From Octopus vulgaris (Eukaryota): DNA of 64,000 nucleotides. The translations under genes were made by a program, and so were the position numbers. Shown here piece by piece: positions 1 through 13,217 of the stretch. The DNA is taken from assembly GCA_951406725.2 (NCBI GenBank), contig OX597830.1, positions 70,246,001 to 70,310,000 of the forward strand, given 5' to 3'. A model generated the notes under the pieces. The model saw only the letters and a list, made by a program, of their open reading frames with translations. It was not told the origin of the DNA and did not search any database. The first letter of the stretch is position 1. Every line of letters starts with the position of its first letter.

Positions 1-32
1 ACAATATAGCAAACGACGATGGATAATAAAGT

Positions 33-419
33 GTGGAAGCACTCCGTCGGTTACGACGACGAGGGTTCCGGTTGATCCGAATCAACGGAACAGCTTGCTC
101 GTGAAATTAACGTGTAAGTGGCTGAGCACTCCACAGACACGTGCACCCTTAACGTAGTTCTCGGGGATATTCAGCGTGACACAGAGAGTGACAAGGCCGG
201 CCCTTTGAAATACAGGTACAACAGAAACAGGAAGTAAGAGTGAGAGAAAGTTGTGGTGAAAGAGTACAGCAGGGATCACCACCATCCCCTGCCGGAGCCT
301 CGTGGAGCTTTTAGGTGTTTTCGCTCAATAAACACTCACAACGCCCGGTCTGGGAATCGAAACCGCGATCCTACGACCGCGAGTCCGCTGCCCTAACCAC
401 TGGGCCATTGCGCCTCCAC
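33..419 (-). mobile_element. Full-length tRNA-derived SINE (family A, ~387 bp; probably one of the octopus OK/OR families) with 12-bp TSD
   Basis: The minus strand starts GTGGAGGCGCAATGGCCCAGTGGTTAGGGCAGCGGACTC...GGTTTCGATTCC (Pol III A and B boxes). GGATAATAAAGT is duplicated at 21-32 and 420-431. Confidence 0.9.
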
Positions 420-521
420 GGATAATAAAGTATTTAGCCAACGACGAGGTGCAAAACGTTTTCAACAAAGACGAAGAACCAAGAATATAACCGAAAGTGT
501 ACGCAGCTAAGAATCATTTGG

Positions 522-760
522 CAACCCGTCGGTCACGATGGCATGTGTTCTAGTTGATCCGATCAACGGAATCGCCTATTCGTGAGACTAACGTGCAAAT
601 GGCTGAGTACTCGTACACATTATTTTGCGGGACACCAAATGTGACAAGTCTGACCCATCGAAGTACAAGTACTACTCATTAGAGCAACAGCAAATAAAGT
701 GTCTTGCTCGGGAATCGAACTCACGATCGCGAGCCAAATACCCTAACCACTAAGCCACGC
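522..760 (-). mobile_element. Older degenerate SINE sharing its 3' tail with family A
   Basis: GTTGATCCGATCAACGGAA..CGTG..TAACGTG..TGGCTGAG matches 70-127. It has a tRNA-like head GCGTGGCTTAGTGGTTAGGG and B box GTTCGATTCC. Confidence 0.7.
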
Positions 761-978
761 TAAGAGATTTAAGACCAATGTTGAAGGCATTCATATCTTG
801 ACAACCCCGCCCATATTACTTTAGAAATCGTGTACCGTTGATCATATCAAATATGTTCTTTGTTTTAAGATTATGGAGGTTTGGCTCGAAGAAGATTTAG
901 CAACTATTTCTACATTCGTGGATTCTACATTCTCCTGGATGACTCTAGAAGAGATAAAGGAAATCTTGAGTGAAAAAC

Positions 979-982
<4 letters not shown>

Positions 983-1022
<40 letters not shown>

Positions 1023-1372
1023 GAGAGAGAGAGAGAGAGAAAGTGAGTGGGTGAGAATTGAAATGTCTTAGATAGATTGATAGATGGTTAGACAGCTAGA
1101 TAGACAGACGGGTTGGTAGATAGACAGATACACTGGCAGATAGACAGACAGACAGAGAGACAGACAGCTAAACAGATATATAGATAGGTAGATGGATAGA
1201 TAGATAGATAGATTGATTGGTTGATTGATTGATTGATTGATTGATAGCAAGAGAGGGAAACTGGAAGAGAGAGACAGAGTGAAAAAGAGAAAGAGTAAGA
1301 AAACGCAAGTAGGAGTAACACAGCAAAAGGCGGGTAACGAGGTGGAGAGTAACTTAATAGGAGATTGAACGG

Positions 1373-1408
<36 letters not shown>

Positions 1409-1747
1409 AAGAGAGAAAGCGTGAGAGGTGTGGAGAAAGACATACATGGAGATGTAATTGAGGAAGATTAAGGAAGATAAAGGGTGGTAGGAGTCAATGA
1501 CTAAGTAGACAAAACAAAACAAAAACAAAAGAAGACGAAAGCCAGGGAGCGGAATGAGAGAGAGTGTATTTGCGTTGCTTTATGAGTCGAGTATCATTAC
1601 TTATATGATGTGAGTTCTCAGTGAACTCCAAATACATAAAGGGGACATAATTTGAATATGTCATGTCTATGAATACAGGGTTCATACATACACATTATAT
1701 AGATGATGTCCAGCCCCAGTGAAGCTGTCTTGCTTTCAGAATCTTTT

Positions 1748-1803
<56 letters not shown>

Positions 1804-1811
1804 TCATTCTC

Positions 1812-1881
<70 letters not shown>

Positions 1882-1972
1882 CTGTTTTCTTTCTCTTTGT
1901 TTTTGTGGTAGGTAGAAAATAACTTTACTTTTCGAAGAATTACGCATACACACGGAGACGCATACACAGAGG

Positions 1973-2039
<67 letters not shown>

Positions 2040-2075
2040 TAGAGGGAGAGAGAGAGAGAGGGAGAGAGAGAGAAG
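983..2075. repeat. Microsatellite cluster: (GA)n, (GATA/GACA/GATT)n, (CTTT)n, (GA)n
   Basis: Directly visible simple repeats. Confidence 0.95.
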
Positions 2076-2112
2076 GCTGATTGAGACAGAAAGAAATACG
2101 TGTATATATATA

Positions 2113-2520
2113 TATAACACAAAATGGGACAAGAACTCAAAACATCCAGACAGTTAGCTGACACAAAAAGGGGACAACAAAACATCCAGATAGACGATAC
2201 AAAGAGAACAAGGATGGGTCATTCGGAGTTTTCTTTCCTCAGTCGAGTTCCAGATTATCTTTGCAATTTCGGCTGGTTATACTCGAGATTGTTCCATCTG
2301 GCCTGCCCCAGGGAAAAACTAAGTTAAGAGCATTAGAATCCTTGGAAGAAAGCAGCGAATGTATACGAAAACAAGGACGGAAAAAAACGGAGAATGTTAC
2401 ACTAATACAAATAACAGGACATAACAGCAGGTGTCTTTCGACTAAGGACGAATTAAATTAAGCTGGCGTGTGTGGAAGTAAAGCCTTACGGTAGGGATAT
2501 AAGATTTCACAGGCACAGGG
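2113..2520. mobile_element. Unclassified interspersed-repeat-like segment abutting (TA)n
   Basis: It starts at a (TA)n tract and has an internal imperfect duplication (ACAAAA.GGGACAA...CAAAACATCCAGA twice). No second copy is present in the window, so the repeat status is inferred. Confidence 0.35.
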
Positions 2521-3017
2521 AGGAATATAGATGTGGCACGGACGGCGAGCCGGAAGATACAAGCATCTTCATTGATCATTACAATTGTTTCGACTCATCT
2601 ACCATCAATCTCCCGCAAGTGGGATGCTATATAACTGATTTAGATGTATCCCTCGGTGTAGATGTGTCTCCTCAAGTGATTTCAAGATGTATCTCGTTAA
2701 AATAACCTCCGCTTCATAAGATTTCTTTTTGGTTTTCGTACATACAAATGGCAAATTCAGAGATACAGCTTCATTCTTATAGAAGCTCCATAACAAAGAT
2801 CAGATAAAGATATTTATTATCAAATAAAAAAAAAGAAACAAATATTCAATACAACGATAGGAGTATTAAATATAATCGCTAGTAGGCATGGATATAATTC
2901 CATATTCCGTTCCTCTCATTTATCACATACCCAACGAGCAGTGAGCCAGTGAACTTGCTTACTTGCTTTACTTTACTTTTAACGGCAAACTATAGGTCTA
3001 CGACGTATGATTTATTG

Positions 3018-3066
<49 letters not shown>

Positions 3067-3142
3067 TACGTACATATATATATATATATTTATACGAAAA
3101 TATATAGATATTCATACGTACATACATATACATATATTTATA

Positions 3143-3285
3143 GGCGCTGGTGTGGCTATATGTTGAGAAGTTTCTTTCCCAGTCACATGGTTTCAAGTTC
3201 ATTCCCATTGCGTGTCTTTTACTATGAACCAACCAAACACTTATGAGTGGATTTAGTAGACGAAACCGAAAGAAACCGGTTGTAT

Positions 3286-3288
<3 letters not shown>
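3143..3288 (+). mobile_element. tRNA/CORE-type SINE (family B), degenerate
   Basis: Homologous to 53978-54140 and 43938-44102 (GTGGCT..AGAAG...CACATGGTT..GTTCA...GAGTGGATTT.GTAGACG.AAAC.GAAAGAA). Confidence 0.8.
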
Positions 3289-3360
<72 letters not shown>

Positions 3361-3454
3361 TGCTTATGAACTTGTGTTGCAAGATTCCTGATGTTAAGTC
3401 GTGTTGAAACAGATATTGTTGTTTCAGACGAAACTGAAAGAAGCCGGTTGTATA

Positions 3455-3519
<65 letters not shown>

Positions 3520-3537
3520 ATACATATATATATACAC

Positions 3538-3582
<45 letters not shown>

Positions 3583-3629
3583 TATATACATATACATATA
3601 TATATACATATATATATACATATATATAC

Positions 3630-3694
<65 letters not shown>

Positions 3695-3773
3695 CACACA
3701 CACACACATGCTTATGAATCTGTGTTGCAAGATTCCTGATGTTAAGTCGTGTTGAAAGAGATATTGTTGTTTC
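3258..3773. repeat. Local tandem duplication (SINE tail + (TA)n + ~70 bp segment)
   Basis: AGACGAAAC.GAAAGAA.CCGGTTGTATATC occurs at ~3258 and ~3426. CATGCTTATGAA..TGTGTTGCAAGATTCCTGATGTTAAGTCGTGTTGAAA.AGATATTGTTGTTTC occurs at ~3359 and ~3707. Confidence 0.85.
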
Positions 3774-3812
3774 GGGATGGTCATTTTTTTTTTGCCAAGT
3801 AAGCACACGCAC

Positions 3813-4101
3813 TATATATTCGTCCTTCACTCGTTTATTACTGTTCTTATTCTGACTCATGTCCATTGTCCGCATATCTTTCGTGACACGGGTGTGACCT
3901 CCCCAGTGACACTTTTCCGTCTTCGGGTGTGCTCTTGTTCTTCTTATTCCAGTCTCTTATTTTATGATGTGACACATCAAGAGCACGCACGAAGACGGAA
4001 AGTACCGCTGGGGAGGTCACAGACGTGTGACAAAAGATTACCGGACAATGGGCATAAGTTAGAATAAGAACAGTAATAAATGAGTGAAGGACGAATATAT
4101 A
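3813..4101. mobile_element. Fold-back (MITE-like) element with ~120-bp imperfect inverted arms
   Basis: TATATATTCGTCCTTCACTCGTTTATTACTGTTCTTATTC...GTGCTCTTG is mirrored by CAAGAGCAC...GAATAAGAACAGTAATAAATGAGTGAAGGACGAATATATA. The ends are TA-rich. Confidence 0.85.
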
Positions 4102-4103
4102 TT

Positions 4104-4195
4104 AGCAAAGTACTGGGGTCGATTTGCTGAACTAAAAACGTTCAAGGCGGTGCTCCAGCATGGTCACTGGCCATGAAACCAGTAAACAATAAAAA
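4104..4195 (+). mobile_element. 3' tail fragment of SINE family B
   Basis: GGGGTCGATTTGCT..ACTAAA...GGCGGTGCTCCAGCATGG is the reverse complement of the segment in 54997-55134. Confidence 0.75.
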
Positions 4196-4213
4196 TAAGC
4201 ATATACGAATATA

Positions 4214-4448
4214 TAGTGGCTGCTGTCTCTAGCCAGCTATTGTACTGTACCATGGAAGAGATATTACCCAGAGATCATTGGTCTGCAGGTATCGCTAAGG
4301 TTGAAGGGGGGAGCATTAGCTCCCTTGCTCACAGTATACGGACGTAGATGATATGTCGGTAGCCAGCTGGAAAAGATGCCTTCCTGGGGCTAAACAATAG
4401 TAACATCGTCCTAAGCAGGACTACCACTTTACGTTGAAAAATAGACTT

Positions 4449-4452
<4 letters not shown>
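4214..4452 (+). mobile_element. Diverged copy of the hammerhead-bearing element at 40805-41012
   Basis: Shared blocks: GTATC..AAG.TTGAAG..GGGA hairpin; AGC.AGCTGGA...TCCTGGGGCTA.A.A..A.TA.CATC. It ends in (TA)n. Confidence 0.6.
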
Positions 4453-4496
<44 letters not shown>

Positions 4497-4498
<2 letters not shown>

Positions 4499-4806
4499 AG
4501 GTGCAATGGCCTAAGGGCAGCGGACTTGCGGTCGGAGGATCGCGGTTTCGATTTCCAGATCAGGCGTTGTGTGTGTTTATTGAGTGAAAACACCTAATAA
4601 GCTCCACGAGGCTCCGGCAGGGGGTGGTGTTGACCCCTGTTGTACTATTTCGCCCCAAATTTCTCTCACTCTTTCTTCCTATTTCTTGAGTAACGCTGCG
4701 ATTGATTGGCGTCCTGTCCAGCTGGCGGGGGGGGGGACACATACGCCATGGAAACCGGGAAACCGGGCCCATGTGCCTGGCTAGGCTTGAAAAGGGTGCA
4801 TAAAAA
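4497..4806 (+). mobile_element. tRNA-derived SINE with a family A head and body but a different 3' tail
   Basis: About the first 185 bp align to the reverse complement of 230-419, then it switches to GATTGGCGTCCTGTCCAG...GCCATGGAAACCGGGAAACCGG. Confidence 0.85.
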
Positions 4807-4855
4807 TATGTAAATATAAATATATATATGTATATATATATATGTGTGTATATAT

Positions 4856-5019
4856 GTACCCGTCTACCCAATCCACTCGTGGGTTTTGGTCGACCTGAGG
4901 CCATTCAATAGAACTGAACCCAGAATCATGTGCTTCCGAACCACATGATTCTGGGTTCAGTTCTACTGCATGGCCTCAGGTCGACCAAAACCATACGAGT
5001 GGATTTGGTAGACGGATAC
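4856..5019. repeat. Near-perfect palindrome made of two head-to-head family B SINE fragments
   Basis: CCGTCTACCCAATCCACTCGT...GAACCCAGAATCATGTG / CACATGATTCTGGGTTC...ACGAGTGGATTTGGTAGACGG, with a 9-nt spacer. Confidence 0.9.
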
Positions 5020-5047
5020 TGAAAAGAACCCCATCTTATGTATATAT

Positions 5048-5130
<83 letters not shown>

Positions 5131-5631
5131 GTGTGTGTATTGATATATATATATATATGTATACACACACAAACACATACTAATATATGTATATATATAA
5201 TGGATGGATGGATATGCGAGAGCATACGTTCAAAACGCTTAATAATTTTATTAGCAAGGGGTTAAGGTCTGCTGCTTTACCTAATATCGCCATTTTATAG
5301 TAACACGCAACCTTTTTTTCCTTTCATTTATTGGTTTTTTAAATACAATTTTTGTCTCACTCTCTCTTTTTTTCCTTTCTGTTTTTCTTTTTTTTTTTTT
5401 CTACTGTTCATCTTTTTTCTTGTATTATTTTGACATTTTGTCCATTCATCTGTAGTTCACTTGTTCTCTTGTTCTGCTGAACTGCTGTTCTGTTGATCTG
5501 TTGTTCTGCTGATCCTGAATTCTGTTGATTCGGTTGTCATACTTACTGTTGACAGGTTACGATAGACATAAGGGATATATTTATATAGACATAATAATAG
5601 AAAAAAAAACTTACACATATGGTTTCATATA

Positions 5632-5730
<99 letters not shown>

Positions 5731-5738
5731 TTATATAC

Positions 5739-5796
<58 letters not shown>

Positions 5797-6093
5797 GCGT
5801 GTGTGTGTGTGTATGTATATAGCTTACACTATCACTGCGGATGACCGATATTTTAAAATGTATGCGTTGAGACACACAAGCGCACCGTCTTCACATCTGA
5901 ATAAAAGTGTGTGTATACACACACACACACACACACACACATATTATACGTCTGTGTATATTTATATACATATATGTATGTATGTATATATAAATGCGCG
6001 CGCGTACATGGATATCTATGTACATGTATGCGCACCTCTACGGATTAATGTGTGCGTATGCATAATCCAGCGTGTATGAGTGTATGCGTGTGG

Positions 6094-6163
<70 letters not shown>

Positions 6164-6279
6164 GTGTGTGAAACAGAGCGAGAGAAAGGGAGATTTTACT
6201 AGAAATACCACAGTTCAGATGATAAGCACAAATAACATCAAAGAAGTCAAATGAGAGAAAGTAATGTGTATGTGTGTGT

Positions 6280-6337
<58 letters not shown>

Positions 6338-6574
6338 CTCTGTGTCACCGTGGTGGTCGCGGTGGCGGTGGCGGTGGCGGCGTGGAGGCTGGTGTATGCA
6401 ATGTTCGTAAATGAAACATAATGGAAATTAATAAGATACCGTATTGATATCAACGACTCTGTCTTACTCTCACTCGCTTTGCATCACCCTCTCCCTACCT
6501 CCCTCCTTCTCTTTCACTTCCTCCCTCTCTCTTTCTCTCGCTTTCCCTGTCTTTATGTTTCTCTGTCCTCTCTA

Positions 6575-6823
<249 letters not shown>

Positions 6824-6865
6824 GTGTGTATTCATAAACATAATCTATGTGTATAAGTCTCTATG

Positions 6866-6926
<61 letters not shown>

Positions 6927-7081
6927 TATGTATGTATGTGTCTGTATGCATGCATTGTGTATAATATACACACATATACATATATATATTTATATATATA
7001 TATACATACATACATACACATATATATATACTTATTTTGTATACACTCACAGAACACATAAATACACACTTAAGTACCTAC

Positions 7082-7132
<51 letters not shown>

Positions 7133-7142
7133 GTATATATAT

Positions 7143-7176
<34 letters not shown>

Positions 7177-7416
7177 ATAGATATATGTATATATATATAC
7201 ATGCACAATGAAACGTGAGTGTGTGTTTCTTAGTGTAAGTATGTATGTGTATGTTTATGTCATGTTTATTGCACACATACAGAGCGAGTCTAACATATAC
7301 ACATAAAAATAACCCCATAAAATCTCACTCATAATCTCACAAAATCACGTGCATGTTGCACATATACCCTCACACACAGCTGCACATACACACATATAGA
7401 TATATAAAGATATATA

Positions 7417-7453
<37 letters not shown>

Positions 7454-8458
7454 GTATATGTATATATGAAATCACGTATATTGCCATTTATCACCAATAC
7501 ACACATTAACAGTTAAATACACATGCAATCACTCACGCATGAGCGCGCAATTACATATACACAGGCACATGCACACGCATACATACACGCGGAGACACGG
7601 CTCGCACGTTGCACACGGAATCGTATAGAGGAGCTGCGTATGCGCGTATACAATACCATGCACATGCATAGTCATGCACGCGCATACAATATAAATAAAG
7701 CGATCGAAATTTTGCCAAGGAAAACGAATACTGTCTTCATAATAAAGCACCACAAATGCATTGAGCTATACACGTGTGCACACTAATCTATACATGCATA
7801 TTCACAAACACACAAAGAGATATACGTATATATCTATATAAATACTATGTAATTTGGTGTGCAATATCTTACTGCGTTTCAGTCTGTGTGTGTGCGTCAG
7901 TAATTCAAATACCAATTAATGTATTAATATCATTTTTATGTTTAGCGAACATGTAAAAGTCCCGTGGAAACTGTTATTTTGGTAATATATCGCTATTATC
8001 AATCTATATTTTCACTTTTCCATTCAATTGTTCAATTAGTGTAAATATCGATTTCGGATCGGACACGAATGTCGATGTCAAGAATATATTACTAGAAAAG
8101 AGAAGAAAGAAAAAAGAGAGAAAAAAAAGAAGGAAAAGAAACAAACAAACAAAAAAAGGAATAGAAAGAAAAGAATAAAAAGAAAGAGAGAAAGGAAGTA
8201 AGGAAGCGAAAATAAAAAGGGAAAATATAAAGGAAAATAAAAAGGGGGGAAATTGCCGAAGGGTTGGGTTGAGAGGGCTGCAGTACATATGTTTATTTTT
8301 AAAATGCTATTTAATTAATTGTGAAAAGCATTGTATTGAGACGGCTGATATCTAAAGCTAAATATGTAAATACCAGTCAATATTAATGTTATTAGCTGGG
8401 TTTGACCTATTCTGGTTGTCAACTTACAGGAAAGAGAGCGAGAAAGAGGGAAGAGAAA

Positions 8459-8520
<62 letters not shown>

Positions 8521-8534
8521 GAGAGGTAGAAAGA

Positions 8535-8990
8535 GAATGTGATGAAATTAAGAAAGAGAAAGATTCAGAGGGAGAGACGAGAGATGGAGATAGAGACTGA
8601 GATTGATTGCGAGTGAAAGGGGAGATTGAAGCGAAAGGAGAGATGGAGAGACAGTGAGTGAGATTGCGATGAAGAAAAAGAGAGAAAGAGAGAGAGAGAC
8701 AAAAAGAGAGACTAAAAGAAAGGAAGCGAGAGAGAGAAATGGGGAGAGACAAGGAGAAAGAGAGAGAGAGTGTGGGTGTCTGACAGAGAGAGGCAGAGAG
8801 AGTATGTGATGAAATTAAGGAAGAGAAAGATTAAGGAAAAGAAGGAGAGATAGAGATAGAGACTGAGACTGATGGGGGGACTGAAAGAGAGAGATGGAGA
8901 GACAATGAATGAGATTGCAATGAAAAGTGAGGGAGAGTGAAAGAGAGAGATTAAAAGACAGAAAGAAAGAGAGAGAGTGAGTAAGAGATC
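8535..8990. repeat. Degenerate tandem duplication (~265-bp period) in purine-rich sequence
   Basis: ATGTGATGAAATTAAG.AAGAGAAAGATT and GAGATGGAGAGACA.TGA.TGAGATTGC.ATGAA each occur twice. Confidence 0.7.
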
Positions 8991-9343
8991 GTGCGAGCGA
9001 AAATGTGATAAATGTAAGGACGAAAGAAATATTGAGAAAGACGTAGAGATAGACATAAATTGAGAGAGAGGGAGAGAGAAAGAGAGATGAGAAAGAGAGA
9101 TAGTTTGAAATAGGAAGAGAGATAGAGGGAGACTGAGAGTGAGGACCTTTTAGAGAGAGAGAGAGAGAGAGAGAGACTGAGAAAAAGAGGGAACGGGAGT
9201 AAATGAAAATGGAGAGAAAATTTTAGGAGAAGGAAGGATGCAGATAGAGAGGGAAAGAGAGCAGTAAAGGGGGAAGAAAAAAGGAAGATAGAGAGACTGG
9301 GAAAGAGAGAGAGAGAGAATGCGAAAAAGATAGTGAAATACAT

Positions 9344-9387
<44 letters not shown>

Positions 9388-9599
9388 GTATAAACGAGAG
9401 ACAGCATGAAAGACAGGGGAAAAGAAAAGGTAATGGAGTAACTGAGAGAAAAGGAACATGAGAGGAGAGATAAAGAGAGAGAGAGAGAGAGACAGAGAGA
9501 CAGAGAGACAGAGACAGAGACAGAGACAGATAGACAGATAGAGACAAAGAGACAGAGAGGGTGTGTGAGAGCGAGAGAGAGAGAAAGAGAAAGTAAGGG

Positions 9600-10557
9600 A
9601 GATCAGTTCTCTTTTATCGTCTATTCATAGGAGTCGCTCCAGCGATAGACACAAATTGTCGGTTGTCTACGATGTTGAAACTGTGGTGCCCTAGCGTGAA
9701 TTATCTATCAAACGTACAAAGGGAGCCAACCTAATTATAATATTACTACACCGTCAGCAAGAGAACGAGAGAGAGAGGGAGAGAGAGAGGGGGAGAAAGA
9801 GAGAGCGGGGGTTATCAATAATCAATATGTTACAATCAGTTATTTCTAAGGTGATTCTCACCCTTCTCTTGTCCACTTGAGTCTCTTCCCAAATGGTTAA
9901 ATTGATCATAGAACACGGTCATTTCCCATTTACTATAACCGACTATATGCTGATGGCACGCCGGAAAAAGCTTTCCTTCTCTTCTTCGGCGTAAATGCAA
10001 CTACGAAAAATCCCCCATGAGACTTTCATAGAGAAACGAGAAGCGAGAAACGACAAACGAGAAACCTTTCCGTCTGAACGATACGCATGCGCTGTCTTGT
10101 TTATGTGTGAAATATCCCACTCATATGAGAAGCTAATAGGGTAAAGAACAATTGTTTCATGTGGTAGAGTGTTAAGCGATGCGAAGAGAGGTCATTTCAA
10201 GCGTAAAATCTGTGACGCTGATTGTATACAATGCAGTGAGCCCACTCGCTACTGCTTACTGTACGGCTGTTGTTTAGTTGAACAACCAAATCGGCTCTGT
10301 TGAACAAAAGACTGGCGTTCAAGTTGGTGCGACCACAGTTTTAGAACATAAACCTTTTCTTCTAACCCAGAGCTCCTTTCTTCCTTCCTTTCTTTCTCCC
10401 TGTCTCTGTCTCTCCTTTCTTTTCCTTCTTTTAAACATCGTTTGCTCTCTAAAGTCAGTGAGATCCCCTCCATTCAACGCGCCAACAACAGGACGTGAAG
10501 AGTCGAATGCTTTTGTTTCGCCATTGGTTTCCTGCACAACTCTACAAATGGAACTGT

Positions 10558-10613
<56 letters not shown>

Positions 10614-10619
10614 GTAAGT
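9600..10619 (+). promoter_or_regulatory. Candidate promoter / first exon island
   Basis: About 1 kb largely free of interspersed repeats and relatively CpG-rich. It has an NRF1/Ewg-like CGCATGCG at 10084 and ends in a GTAAGT donor consensus at 10614. Confidence 0.3.
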
Positions 10620-10777
10620 CAGTTCCCTAAGAAAAGAAAAAAAAAAGGAAAATGAAAGAAGCACGAATCTATTTCGATACCATACAAGGAAAATGGTTTG
10701 TGACATGGAATACCAGTATGTTTTCAGAAGATATGGAATATATGTATAATGGATACTTCAGACAAACACACGCACAT

Positions 10778-10817
<40 letters not shown>

Positions 10818-10917
10818 AAACACATACATACGCTTTTGTAGTAAATGAATAAAGGCTTTGCGTATATGTATGTGAACAGCAAATCTCGAAGTGGTATCAT
10901 AACATTTATGTGTGTGC

Positions 10918-10963
<46 letters not shown>

Positions 10964-12282
10964 AAATGTATGTATCTATATGTATATAAGTGTTTGCATA
11001 TACATGTATATGTCTTGCACAGAAGACTCGAAGAAATCATCATTATCCGTAATCATCATCATCGTCATCGAATAGTAAAGCATTGCACGCAATCAAAGTG
11101 ACGCTGGGGTACATAAATGCGAAGCCCAATATACCCCACACGACTACTCGTCTGCTAAGGGTACACCAGACACATGCAGCACAACCATATGTGCGCGACA
11201 TGGTGATCTCATATCAAGATACACAGCACATGATCTCGCAAACGGAGCCCAGTTAAAATTTTCTTCTAGCCGAAAATCCCATCCGAGCTCAAAAGGTCCT
11301 TGAATATGGGTTGTTTAAAGATGTTGAATGAAACACCCATGTTTCCAAGTGTGAATTATTCAAACCCCGAAGGCCCCTGTCAACACATAGCTATGATGCT
11401 CTCCCACAACTCCTGCTCAACTAAGGGACATGCTCAACTGGTTAAGGTCAAGCAACTGACAAGCAAATTTATGGTATTGAACATAATACTTGCTGCAGCC
11501 CATTTTTACACCAAGATAAAACATGTGTAGGGTAACACTTCCAATTGAGTTTGTTGACTGCATCGACCCCAGTGCTCAACTGGTACTTATTTAATCGACC
11601 TCGAAGAAAAGCCGCTAGCATTTTATCTGGCGCGTTAAAGAATCTGCAATTGGAAGACACGATTCGATCGTGAAGATGTTCTTCAAAAGTCTATAAATGA
11701 ATTTACGTGTTTCTCGGTAACCGTGAATTTTATCGATATCGAGCATATAATTTTGCTATAGCTGTTATTGTTGTTGATGTTTAAGCCAAACTTCGCTTAT
11801 TTTCATCCGTGGCCATCGCGTCAGTTTGTATCTCAATTAACTCTACTGATACGTAGTACTTTTGGTTTATTTTGAGGAACAAGTTGAAAGATATTTAGTT
11901 GCGGTATCTTGTAGATCGGCCCATCCGTTGAAACCTTTACGTTGGCTCGGCTCATTTTAACGAAATTTAAAGGTTTTATTAAGGATATAAGAAACGAGAA
12001 AAATCAGTTGGATACGGTGAGATTTGTACAAATTAATGAAATTGAAGAGACATGGCTTAACAATAAAATCTGAATACTACAAAAGCATCACGGGGGATCC
12101 CTCTATTTATAACCAACCGCTGTATCAGGTTTGCCAGCGAGCTAGACATATATTGCAGCAAAATGAAGAAATTATCTCCGCGTGAAAAATGTTTATATAC
12201 CACATACCATTTGCACTCCACACACGCACACACAGATGCACAAGTATATACATATACATACATACATACATACATACATACA

Positions 12283-12340
<58 letters not shown>

Positions 12341-12754
12341 TACACACACATACTTACCTTTCCACGCTTACATGAGCATGGGCAAAAGTCCTTGACTATA
12401 GTGTCTGGTTTCTCCGCCAGCCAACCATATAAGCTAAGCGCTAATTACAAGCGTGTAATAATCAAGTTTTCTAGTATAATTGATTCCCACGCAGTATTAT
12501 TGCTTCGTTCACTGTTTTCCTTTCCTTTATTCGATATTTTCTTCCTTTCTTTTTACTCTCTTATATATATTTGTTGTCTTTCTATCACTCTCTATTCTGT
12601 TATTATATCTGTGCACCTCTCTCTTCCCCCCTCTCTCTCTCTCTCTCTTTCTTCTACTGTAGGCATCCCATTCTTTCTCTCTCCCACTCTCTTACTCTCT
12701 CTCTGTGCCTCTCTCAGTTCCTACCTATTTTTCTAATCGTACCTTTTCTTATAT

Positions 12755-12945
12755 CTTACTCGTTTTAGTCACCGGAGTGCGGTCCGCCTGCGGCCTCCTC
12801 CTTGTACGGTTTCATCAACAAATCGACCCCAGTATTAGCTTCTTAAACTTGTTACTTATTCTACAGGTCTCTTTAGCCAAAGTGCTAGGACACACGGACA
12901 TAAACAAACCAACGGCAGTTGTCAAGCAATGATGGTAGGACAAAC
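12755..12945 (-). mobile_element. Degenerate SINE family B tail
   Basis: AAATCGACCCCAG...TACTTATTCTA..GGTCTCTTT.GCC..A...GTTGTCAAGC, homologous to 13525-13720. Confidence 0.7.
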
Positions 12946-13020
12946 ATGATACAAATACGAAGATACACACTTAGCTAAATGCATCTACCTCACAGTTTGT
13001 CCGCAAGCCTGTCTGTCTAC

Positions 13021-13177
<157 letters not shown>

Positions 13178-13186
13178 CCTACCTAC

Positions 13187-13217
<31 letters not shown>

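Noticed and set aside
82-285. 67-aa ORF
   Set aside because: It lies entirely within a SINE.
350-419. tRNA-like sequence
   Set aside because: It is a SINE head with A and B boxes but no complete cloverleaf, and it continues into the SINE body with a TSD.
9955-9992. CCGAAGA...GAAA on the minus strand
   Set aside because: There is no helix II pairing, so it is not a hammerhead.
11070-11550. Complex-sequence block possibly coding or TE-derived
   Set aside because: The frames checked gave no recognisable protein motif and there is no second copy in the window, so it cannot be classified without a search.
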